A stretch of DNA of 63,745 nt, counting the filler, from Phoronis australis (taxonomy: Eukaryota > Animalia > Phoronida): the NCBI GenBank assembly GCA_002633005.1. It is 7 parts of 7 records of this genome, joined end to end, with 100 filler letters (N's around TTAATTAATTAA, not from the genome) between each part and the next. Parts side by side here need not be neighbours in the genome. Positions count along the whole stretch, not along the records: positions 40,814 to 54,416 come from NMRA01000396.1; positions 54,517 to 60,325 come from NMRA01002272.1; positions 60,426 to 62,238 come from NMRA01002580.1; positions 62,339 to 63,745 come from NMRA01000001.1; 3 more parts are not named here. One strand, given 5' to 3'. The translations under genes and the position numbers were made by a program. Positions 53,301 to 63,745 of this stretch are shown one piece after another. Below the pieces are notes generated by a model, which worked only from the letters and a program-made list of their open reading frames with translations, had not been told where the DNA came from and did not search any database. Positions within the stretch are counted from its first letter, which is position 1. Every line of letters starts with the position of its first letter.

Positions 53301-53425
53301 ATAAGCCCCTGAAGATATGGCGTTATAAGTTGGAATAGCTTATCATTTTGCGAGGTAACTTTATTAATAAGTGTATCTGTGGTGTAACTAATGTAATAGT
53401 GACTTGGCACGCGCTAGACCTTTAA

Positions 53426-54416
53426 AGGCGAAGGCAACCTTTTTCCATGTCATTTTGAGCTAAAATAAGGTTGGTTGGTTATCCTAGACATATTTTCCAC
53501 TTAATTGCAGCTTTTCGCAATTTTATAAATTACTTGTCCGCTACTCCGGAAGTGACGTTTTAGGAGGCAAGCGTTTCCCGCCACTTGGTTTTGCGTTGAC
53601 TTTACCGTGCGAATATGTTCTATTCTACTTTTGTTTTGTGCTGTTTTTCAACAATTGTCGCCACCACTTTCCATCGGCGAGTGTTCTGCGGCAAGATAGG
53701 TTAGTAGAGAACTCAACTACGTTGGATTTAGGGATTGTTTAGTGTGTTGCAAGCTGAAAATGATTGGAGTCGGTGACCCTTATCACAGTGACAGTAGTGT
53801 GAGTGACGGAGACCTTGTTCTCAGCAGCGGTGACGAGGAATTTTTTCAGGGACATTCAGTGGGTGGGTACATGTTTGAGCCCGAGTATAACGAGGCAGAG
53901 TACGCACAGGCACAGGTAGCTGTTGAGAGAAACGAGGCTGCTACTGAGGACAGACGTGGTGACACATCTTGGTGAAAATGCACTGTGTGCGTTGTTATGC
54001 CTACCTTAATGGAATGCTTGTGCTGTTCAGAGTTCGACGAGGCCAAGCCACTACTGGACATGGTTAAGTGGACCTCCGGCATACCACGGACAGAGGAACA
54101 ACTGTCCCACTTGCCAGAGTGTCCCGCGACACACTCCCAATGGATGGTAACCTGAGCACCCAAACTGCTTACATCGTGTCGTGTGACTCCCTCGCCACAC
54201 ACCTGGCACCTTCTAAATAAATCCAACACTTTAGACAAGTCCACAATAAACTTATCAAAGCTTGGCTCACCGATCTTTTCACTGGACGACGAACTGTCCT
54301 CTTCACTGGGTGTCGAACTGAGCCTGTAATCACTCCCACTACTCAATATCGCTGCAGGGCTGCTTAGAGGCTCTGGGCTGGAGAAAACAGCACAGGGCGA
54401 ATCACTACTGGTTCCA
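53426..54416. mobile_element. Kolobok deletion derivative, copy 1 (cut by spacer)
   Basis: TTAA|AGGCGAAGG terminus; closely similar to copy 2 but with a different flank. Confidence 0.85.
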
Positions 54417-54987
54417 NNNNNNNNNNNNNNNNNNNNNNNNNNNNNNNNNNNNNNNNNNNNTTAATTAATTAANNNNNNNNNNNNNNNNNNNNNNNNNNNN
54501 NNNNNNNNNNNNNNNNATCCTTCTACTACTTAATTGTATATATCTCTATGTACATAAGTTTCATTTATGAATTGTTTACAACCCAGATATAATGCTTCGC
54601 GGTTTCTGGGTTTGTTATTATTTCTTTGTATGTTCTGTGTATCCTTCAATAAATATATATCACAGTGGAAAAAAACATCGGGGAAAAAGAAAAAGACAGT
54701 GAGGGAGAGGGATAGGTAATGAGGGACCAAGGAAGGGGGGATATAAACAATAACCCTATATCATACAAAACATCCAACTATAAAAACTTTAAATAGTAAT
54801 TAACAAACTCGCAAAAAATAATGATTTACCAAATACAGTGCATGTAACAGATTGACACCTGCCCATATCCAGCTGGGAAGGACAGTCTAAACTTCAAGCT
54901 TAAATTGTTGGGTGGAGCCTGATGAATTTGAAAACTCAGAGTTCGTCTTCAAAATCACATTTGACAGTTGGTGAATCAAAAACATAC

Positions 54988-55136
54988 TCATTGATGCCTG
55001 TGTCTGGATCAAAGAAGTCTACCCAGTGAGCACATAGTGTGGTGTTATCAGCTTGATACTTCCGGTTAATGTGAAGGTCAACACCATCAAGAACTTTTCC
55101 CACTTCCGGTTTTGTCGAGTCTTTCAGAAGTGGCAC
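54988..55136 (-). CDS. Exon of a large extracellular repeat (FN3-like) protein
   Basis: DSTKPEVGKVLDG...YQADNTTLCAHWVDFFDPDTGINE fits the D.TPP..G.V.DG...W..F.DPESGI repeat pattern of large invertebrate proteins; GT donor at 54987, acceptor less certain. Confidence 0.65.
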
Positions 55137-55744
55137 CTCGGAGTGGGAAGCGGCAAACAGGAGCACTTTAAAACAAACAATATACATGCTCAACAGGATT
55201 TATTTGAAAGGCTAATTTCCTTTTTAAAAGAATACTTAATTCCGTTTTAATGATTTCAACCAATCCTCGTTGTGCCCTGCTATCGCATCATTGGTTTTAA
55301 CATTGGATGGTAAAAGCAGAAACTCAAAATGCATGCTCCCTATGTCATAGATTGGATGTTACAGTTTTATGCTGGGTAGTTTCTTCTCATAGTTTCCGTG
55401 TAATTTGTTAAAGGCGAAGGCAACCTTTTCCATGTCATTTTGAGCTAAAATAAGGTTGGTTGGTTATCCTAGACATATTTTCCACTTAATTACAGTTTTT
55501 CGTAATTTCATAAATTAATCGTCCGCTACTCCGGAAGTGACGTTTTAGGAGGCAAGCGTTTCCCGTCACTTGGTTTTGCGTTGGCTTTACCGTGCGAATC
55601 TGTTCTATTCTACTTTTGTTTTGTGCTGTTTTTCAAAAATTGTCGCCACCACTTTCCATCGGCGAGTATTCTGCGGCAAGATAGGTTAGTAGAGAACTCA
55701 ACTACGTTGGATTTTGGGATTGTTTAGTGTGTTGTAAGCTGAAA

Positions 55745-56036
55745 ATGGCTGGAGTCGGTGACGCGTATCACAGTGACAGTAGTGTGAGTGACGGAGACCT
55801 TCTTCACAGCAGTGGTGACGAGGAATTTTTTCACGGACATTCAGTGGGTGGGTACATGTTTGAGCCCGAGTATAACTAGGCAGAGTACGCACAGGCACAG
55901 GCAGCTGTTGAGAGAAACGAGGCGGCTACTGAGGACAGACGTGGTGACACATCTNCTGTGTGCGTTGTTATGCCTACCTCAATGGAATGCTTGTGCTGTT
56001 CAGAGTTCGACGAGGCCAAGCCACTACTGGACATGG
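55745..56036 (+). pseudogene. KolX (P2X7 ballast/nanor-like Cys-rich) N-terminal fragment
   Basis: YMFEPEY...RRGDTS..VCVVMPTSMECLCCSE; in-frame TAG here, and TGA inside the W-C-K-C motif of copy 1. Confidence 0.7.
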
Positions 56037-56826
56037 TTAAGTGGACCTCCAGCTTACCAAGGACAGAGGAACAACTGTCCCACTTGCCAGAGTGTCCCGC
56101 GACACACTCCCACTGGTTGGTGACCTGAGCACCCAAACTTCTTACACCGTGTCGTGTGACTTCCTCGCCACACACCTGGCACCTTTTAAATAGCTCCAAC
56201 ACTTTAGACAAGTCCACAATAAACTGATCAAAGTTTGGCTCACCGATCTGTTTACTGGACGACGACCGGTCCTCTTCACTGGGTGTCGAACTGAGCCTGT
56301 TATCACTCCCACTATTCAATATCGCTGCAGGGCTGCTTAGAGGCTCTGGGGTGGAGAAAATAGCACAGGGCGAATCACTACTGGTTCCAGGAATTGCACG
56401 CTCTGGGGTACGTTCGGAGGCACGGGTGACAGTAGATGAAGTACCTCCACTGGCTCCAGTCACTGTACTGGCCACAGCTCGCGAGGCTTCTCGCGTCAAA
56501 AACGCACTTCTGGGGGGTGGCGACGGAGCACTGCCGGGAATAAACACAGACGGAATGGCATCCTTCTGCAGACGTTGTTTCGCAGGGACCTTCATCAGTT
56601 CAGCGTACAAATCCCTTTCGTAATCGGCAGGCAGAAAGTGCTTGCCATACACACGGTAATTCTCCACTGCTTTGTACGTTGCGTGGACGGGTAACGCTGC
56701 GTTCTTCACACGAACGAGCCAAGTACGGCGAAGTGTGTCATCCATCGGAAAGCGATGCAAAGGTACTCCCAAAGCGCGCGTGAGCCTATAGTTAGTACAT
56801 CCTGGTACGCAGCAACAGTGTGGCAT
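55876..56826 (-). CDS. THAP-domain truncated transposase ORF
   Basis: MPHCCCVPGC...LHRFP...W...HF...LQKDAIPSVF (THAP; third Cys reads Y) plus CQVC...WECVAGH...W zinc motif; contains one N at 55955. Confidence 0.8.
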   Translation of the reverse strand: MPHCCCVPGCTNYRLTRALGVPLHRFPMDDTLRRTWLVRVKNAALPVHATYKAVENYRVYGKHFLPADYERDLYAELMKVPAKQRLQKDAIPSVFIPGSAPSPPPRSAFLTREASRAVASTVTGASGGTSSTVTRASERTPERAIPGTSSDSPCAIFSTPEPLSSPAAILNSGSDNRLSSTPSEEDRSSSSKQIGEPNFDQFIVDLSKVLELFKRCQVCGEEVTRHGVRSLGAQVTNQWECVAGHSGKWDSCSSVLGKLEVHLTMSSSGLASSNSEQHKHSIEVGITTHTXDVSPRLSSVAASFLSTAACACAYSA

Positions 56827-57354
56827 GTTGACTGACTAGTAAATGAAAGCAAACGACGACGGAACTTAACCAAGGTAGAACAATGACTGACTCGGCAGCT
56901 CTCACAGTCAGACTATATGAAAAGAAATTGGCGCGAAATGCTTGCCTCCTAAAACGTCACTTCCGGAGTAGCGGACAAGTAATTAATAAAATTAAGAAAA
57001 TCTGTAATTAAGTGGAAAATATGTCTAGGATAACCAACCAACCTTATTTTAGCTCAAAATGACATGGAAAAAGGTTGCCTTCGCCTTTCAATGCGTAGAT
57101 CCCGTTTAGCAGATTTTGAAAGTAGTTTTGAAGCTTTCCTTCAAACTTTTGGTGGTTGTAGGGAGTTAAAAAGCATTGTTTTTTCAGAGAATTGGATGGC
57201 GAAAGTCGTTTTCAATAAATGCTAATAGGTCAAAACCGGGTTTGGTACCTTTGTAAAACATCTGGGCTCGGGGTGAAATCTTTGGACGATTAACTGAACT
57301 CAAACTTGTCTTGACATTGTCTGTACTACTTTTGTATGAACATAGTATGTTAGG

Positions 57355-58197
57355 GATTGTTCTAAAACCCCATCGACCACCACACCCCAAGGCCCTCGAC
57401 CCACGATCCCCATGACCTACGACCCACGGTCTGTGACCATAGACGTATCTGCGCTTTTTACATATTTCATAATCTTATTACGTAGCTGAGTGACTTTTCC
57501 ATCAGACTTGTCTGCACGAATCAGCTCTGGCTCAAGTCTGGTGGTTAAAAACAGAGGCGTAATAATGTCATCTGTGCCATCGCTGTCACAGGAATAGTTC
57601 CACAAGCGGCTGCCAATAACATTGATCTACTAAAGTTAAAGAGAAAGTATGTTAGGGGTGTATACATATCATTTCACATTTTTATTGTTTTGCTTTGTGT
57701 CGTAAACTCGTTTACAATATACTACGTGTAATTTTGAGATGCTTTTTGGTTAACAGTTTGTCTTTTCAAACTGTATTTACTGAAGAAATCACTTCCTCGG
57801 ACTCTGTCAAAATAGCTTGAATCTGTCAACCACTGAAGAACAGACCAGACGATTTCACTCTGCCGGGAACTAGACGAATTATAACGTTGGTAGGTCTTCG
57901 ATTTGATTTGATTCGGCTGTCTTGCTTTGTTTTGTTTTTGAATTCTGTTTTGAATTGACTCTCTTAATTGCAAAAATAGAAAAAAGTCACTGCCAGACTC
58001 GTTGGACTTGCAAGTCACTGTTTGTTCTATGTTGAAATCGAGTTGAGCTTTTTTAAACTGTATTGTCACGTGTCGGGGGAGATTTGGGTCGCGGCCCGAG
58101 GGATTCGTGGGTAGTGGCTCAAGGGGGGTAGGGTGTCGAAGGGGTCGTAGGTCGAGTGGATCGTGGGGTGTAAGGGTCGAGGGGATTTAGAACAATC
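57355..58197. mobile_element. Possible MITE with GACCC(C)AC subterminal repeats
   Basis: GATTGTTCTAAAACCCC / GGGGATTTAGAACAATC termini and inverted short GC-rich repeats; no TSD found. Confidence 0.5.
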
Positions 58198-58583
58198 GGT
58201 ATATTAGCTCCAGTACGTTGTGGTTTTTGTAGATGAATCTCTAATTCTTGGTGATCCGACCTTTAGTCCTAGTCAGTACTCGAAGTCTCGAGTTTTTAGT
58301 TCGAATATAGGTATTAATTGAGTCTGAAGTTGAACTGGACACTCAACTAAGTAATCTATGTATACATTTGTAGTCGATCAAAGAATGACCTAAAGGTCGC
58401 CCAAAGGTAGCCTACATGCAGTACAGAAAATGTTGTAAATGATTTCTAGTTCGAATTCGACTACAATGATCTAGATTCTCAGGCTAATTTGAAGAGCTTG
58501 AACACGTTTCACCCTTTAAAATTCGTGACTCGTTCACTGGTCGTTTCTGTACATATTTTCATCAAAAGACGACACCTTCTTCT

Positions 58584-60090
58584 ACAAGAGCAACGCGGAA
58601 CGTTGAAATGCGCCCACGAATGCATTGCAAATGGTGTGCTTTTAGGGTTATTTATTTGTATCATAAAAATGGCCACTAGATGGCGCAAGAACTTCAATCC
58701 ATCCAAATACAGCTATGGATGCAAAACAAAGCAGAGCGACCACTTGGAGGCGCCACAGTAGTCAATCGCCATCATCAAACGTCTCTCTTCACACATTCAA
58801 GTACATTTCAATTTTCAAAACCATCCCTAGCAGGATTTGGTTGACCAAGGTTTGAAAACAGCAAAAATGGCCTCTAGGTGACGCAAATTACCTAGATTTC
58901 ATCCACAAACAGGAGCAAAGCGTCATCTCTTCAATAGATGCCTATATTCAAAATTTTATGAAAATCCGTTTTGAACCTTTGAAGATACAGAGGTAAACGT
59001 AAACAACTAAAATTGCCACTAGGGGGAACACGCGTGGTCAGATCCATCCGAAAGTCGTCGTTGTTCGTTGTCAACATCATATAAATACACTTGCTAAATC
59101 AAGTAAAGATCCTGCAAACATTTAAGGAAATACAGCCATGAGCGCAAAAAAATGCCAACAGGAGGCGCCACAGTAATCGAAATTGGAAAGTAATCGTCAG
59201 CCGTCCATTTCATAGTTAAAACATACATGCCAATTTTCACAATTATCCTGAAAGCGGTTTGGTTGATAGACGAGTGGACGCCAAAAAACAGACTCGAAAA
59301 CAGTAAAAATGGCCACTAGGTGGCGCAAACTAGGTCGAATCCATCTGAAAATGGAGAGATGGCGTCACCTATTAACAGATGCCTGTATGCCAAATTTTAT
59401 GAAAATACATTGAGGACCTTTGAAGATAGAGAGGTAAACGTAAAAAAATAAAATTGCCACTAGGTGGCACACCAGCAGTCAGATCTTTCTGATAGTTGTC
59501 ACCCTGCGTTATTTACATCATATAAATGCTCTTGCTAAATTTAGTAAAGATCCTGCAAATGGTTTAGGAGATACAGCCATAGGCGCAAAAAATTGCCACT
59601 AGGAGGCGCCACAGTAGTTGAAGTCGTCGGAAAACTATCGTCAGCCGTCCACTTCATTGTAAGAACATACATGATAATTTTCGCAATCATCCTTTGAGCG
59701 GTTTGGTTGATGAAGGGATGGACGCTAAAAAACAGACTCGAAAACAGTAAAAATGGCCACTAGGTGGTGCAAAATACCTCGAATCCATCCGAAAACGGAA
59801 GGATAGCGTCACCTCATTAATAGAAGCCTATGTGCCAAATTTCATGAAAATCGGTTGTGTACAAACGTAAAAAACTAAAATTGCCACCAGGGGGCACAGC
59901 GGTATTTGGATCGGTCCGAAACTCGTCGCCCTCTATTGTCAACCCCATAGGAACACACCAGCCAAAATTCAATAAGATCCTACAAGGGGTTTAGGAGACA
60001 CATTCGCAGACGCCGCACGCCTGACGCCCGGACGCCCAGAGAGAGATGACGGCACTATGCACCCACGTATAAACATGTGGGTGCATAAAA
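58584..60090 (+). mobile_element. Complete Helentron/HINE-like element with internal tandem array (copy 3)
   Basis: Same 5' end, array, GACGCC microsatellite-like tract and 3' hairpin ATGCACCCAC...GTGGGTGCAT at 60057-60086. Confidence 0.8.
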
Positions 60091-61289
60091 ATTAGATCTC
60101 AGTACTTCCAATAATCTAGATTTGGTCAAATTATTTGGCTGACGGTCACTTTACAAGGTTCATGTATATGATTTTATCAAAAGAGATGAACTTTTCTAAA
60201 ATCATATCAGTAGATCCAATCATTTTGATTCGGTCAGATTATTTGGTTGACGATCATTTAACAAGATATAAAAGAACAATTACCGTTGTCGATGGCTCTC
60301 AATCTAATCCACGCAGGTACGCCATNNNNNNNNNNNNNNNNNNNNNNNNNNNNNNNNNNNNNNNNNNNNTTAATTAATTAANNNNNNNNNNNNNNNNNNN
60401 NNNNNNNNNNNNNNNNNNNNNNNNNACTTACGGCTCCCCGCCTGTGGAACTAAAAGCTCACCTAGATCGACTGCCGGGCGTGCCCCCAAAATTCAGAAAA
60501 AGTAGAGCCTAGAGCAACAATTTTCCAGTTCCCTCCCCGGGTTCCGCCAAAAATTGCCACTCGCGACTGATCGAAAGAACTAAAATAATCTACGGGAAGG
60601 TCCGATCCGTCTCCACCTAGTCCCACCAGGTACGGAAACAGGGTCCCTCGCGCAATCAAATTAGTCCGCTAAATAGCGACTATGCCAATGTAGTGATATT
60701 TCTAAAGGTCTTACCTTACATCTTAGTTGTCCGTGGTCGAGCTCAATAGTTCTGCTTAGGTGTGCGGTCTGGATATCGAATGCCCCTCTGCATCCAAACA
60801 TGTGTATCGGCCGCAGGGCCGCTTAATTAATATTCATGATGCGCCCTCATTGGCCATTACCAGCATATGGGCCGGACAGCCAATGTCGGCAGTCTCCAAG
60901 ACGAACAACAGTTGTCTTCCGATGCCAATAGAGGGCGCGCGCAGCTGAAGGCCAGCGCAGCAGTGAGACCAGTCAAATAACGTCTCACTACACTATTACT
61001 CAGTCTCAGGTCCTGGCCCTTATCATGTTCAATGCTGACATTACTGTTCAATGCCAATGCAAATGGAGTTCGACAAATAGTATTGTTTACAATCCGATTG
61101 GCCAACAGATAGCTCTCAATTTCATGACGCTCAAAGTTGACGCATATGATCCCTACACTAACTTAACTGCTGAATAACAGACTAAAAGCATCCTTTGTGC
61201 TGGGGAAACTAAACTAAACCAAATCAAGCAGGAGTGAAGTTTTTAATTACATTACTTTTAAATCTGGTTTTGTTAATAGTTGCATTCAC

Positions 61290-61510
61290 GGGTTCCTGAT
61301 TTGAGAACCAGTTACTCCCACTGAATAATGCTTGTTATTCAGTGGTAGTAACTGGTTCTCAAATTGATTTCAAATCTGGGACCCACCTGTCTGACAACAC
61401 TGGTCAGATATAGCAGTCCATGATTTTGAGAACAAGTCAATCACTGAATAACGGCCCATTATTCAGTGGATGAAACTAGTTCTCAAAATCAGGGACCGCT
61501 TTATCTGACC
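61290..61510. repeat. Two adjacent related long hairpins (61290-61384 and 61403-61510)
   Basis: Both have TTGAGAAC...CACTGAATAA / TTATTCAGTG...GTTCTCAA arms. Confidence 0.75.
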
Positions 61511-62338
61511 ATTGCCCTATCTGACTAGTACCAAGAAGATTTTATTTCGCATTTTTTGTACATCCATTTCAATCCAAAGCTGTTAAACTCGAGACCTCTA
61601 CTAACTCATTATTGCATAACTCATCACTTTTAATTTGTCACTTTTTCTTGGTCTCAATTACATGCTCATTCATTGACTTGTATAAACTATACAGTTTAGT
61701 CGTTGTTAAGTCATCGTTTCCCTTAAGTCGTCGCTCAAAAGTGAAATCTGCCCTCACAGTTACATGCATTTTTATGCTTAAGTTGTCACCATTCACCAGT
61801 CGACTTGTATTGTCATGTGTATTTGCGGCAAGTATGATTGTGGCAGCTTGAATAACGACAAATTTTACAAAGGTCTGTCAATCAATATCGGGTTCACTCC
61901 TATTAAAGAGAATTTTAAAGGTTCAACTCTTCTTAACACAATTTCCACAGCATCTTCAATGGCTAACATCATCATGCATGCAAATCGTCACTCAGAATTT
62001 CGATTACTGATAATGAAGTACTTAAATTTACTAACCAAGTACAGCTACTTCTAGCAGTTGTTGTGATCTGTGTGTAAGGTTGTGAAAAAAAACCCAGTGG
62101 ATTGAAGAATTGGGAGTTTCAGGACCACTGCTAGTGATTAGTTCCTAATAGAATATCCCCTTTTAAATGTGGCTGTGTCTTGTATGTTGCCAGGTGCCAT
62201 GTCTGGTCTAGAAGAGATAGGAATTCCGGGCTCTGAGTNNNNNNNNNNNNNNNNNNNNNNNNNNNNNNNNNNNNNNNNNNNNTTAATTAATTAANNNNNN
62301 NNNNNNNNNNNNNNNNNNNNNNNNNNNNNNNNNNNNNN

Positions 62339-62684
<346 letters not shown>

Positions 62685-63170
62685 TCAAATGTTGAACATT
62701 TACTGTAAAAACGACGCCAGATTGATGCTCTAGTTGGTACTGTCTTAAAAGTGCTTTGTAATTTTATTTTGAGGCGGTTTATTTATGAGTTGTAAATGAC
62801 CCCCACCACAAGTGCACATGTGTATGCGGTTAAGAATGTTTTCTTTTCAATATCACGTTTTTAAAAAGTATTATGTTTAATAAAAAATAGAAAAAAATGA
62901 CACCAAATTAAAGCTTTGGGTGGCATTGCGGCTTTTCAAGCGACAATGAAGAAATATCTACTTTGACAGACTGGGCACTCAGTCCAAGAACATTAACTCG
63001 TTTCTTCAAGCCTTCTACCATTACTAGTACTTGTTAACCAGTACATTTAACAACATAACACATCAAATGACTTGTTAGATGTGACACACTTAACAACACG
63101 TCAAATGACAACTAGACATGACACCCTTAACAACCCAACTATCACAGATTACATTATCGAGCCAACTCAC

Positions 63171-63299
63171 TGCTGCTTCAAAATTGGATGGTGTAATAAT
63201 CAGATTGTCCAGAGCTGTATTGATCTTGGTCATCAAGGCCAGAATAGATGCCTGTTCCTGGGCGTTGGGAGACAGGTCGGCATTCCTCTTCAACAGAGC
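63171..63299 (-). CDS. ILF2: Interleukin enhancer-binding factor 2 (NF45) exon
   Basis: ALLKRNADLSPNAQEQASILALMTKINTALDNLIITPSNFEAA; cag/gtgagt boundaries; phase 0 joins the next exon. Confidence 0.95.
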
Positions 63300-63745
63300 C
63301 TGTGGTGACAATAGCGACCAATTCAATACTCATTTTACATTGCGAGTTGGAAATGTACACATGATCTTTAAGTCACTCGTATACAAAGCAGTCTTTAGTA
63401 ATTCAACACTAGATCCAGTTCTATGAAATGTTGCACACACTCAACACCCGTCCGCCCAATTTGGGAATGGGGCTATTCGGAGAATTCTCCTCGCGGTGTC
63501 GCTGCTGTACTAGTGGTGATTGAATTGCGCATGCGTGGCTGTCTGCATGTAAACAACTGGTAAAAGATGGAATTTTTATCAAAATACGTCGTCGCGCTAA
63601 GCCTTATTACTGCTAATTTCCCTGGTGCAAGTCTTCGACAGGTGGCCACAAATTCCCAAAAGACCTAAGGTTACTATATTCGTGGACAATTGCGGTCAAC
63701 AGGGTCAACTAACTGACAAAAAGTGTGTGGATGCTGAAGCCCCGT

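Larger units (their letters stand above)
55412..57086. mobile_element. Complete internally deleted Kolobok DNA transposon (1.68 kb), copy 2
   Basis: About 150-bp TIRs AGGCGAAGG...CCTTCGCCT, TTAA/TTCA flanks, convergent THAP-transposase N-terminus (minus) and KolX N-terminus (plus); DDE core absent. Confidence 0.88.

Noticed and set aside
25775-62338. TTAATTAATTAA as a biological motif, and any multi-gene system spanning the spacers
   Set aside because: It is an artificial six-frame-stop linker in fixed N blocks, so adjacency across spacers is not evidence of linkage.

Overview
Eukaryotic, repeat-rich animal DNA; the gene and repeat types suggest a marine invertebrate, probably a lophotrochozoan (inference). 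The window is not one locus: six identical 100-bp spacers (44 N + TTAATTAATTAA + 44 N) join seven segments, and there is a plain N gap at 29645-30366. Host genes recognisable from spliced exons are the 3' part of an acyl-CoA thioesterase/BAAT-family gene, a multi-exon non-RD protein kinase, an LDLa-SMB-7TM secretin/adhesion-like GPCR, two ILF2 (NF45) exons and one exon of a large repeat protein. Mobile DNA includes a decayed Ty3/Gypsy element with its 5' LTR, an RLE-type (HERO-like) non-LTR 3' end nested in its gag, two internally deleted Kolobok copies (THAP plus KolX), three Helentron/HINE-like elements with internal tandem arrays, a Tc1 remnant, LINE and SINE fragments and several MITEs. 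The most notable observations are: (1) a hammerhead-ribozyme-like core in a non-circularly permuted order in the retroelement 3' UTR, (2) HINE-like elements carrying about 10 co-oriented CTCF-like motifs each, and (3) a 53-bp tandem repeat that multiplies an ILF2 5' splice site. All calls are by eye; no searches or folding programs were run.
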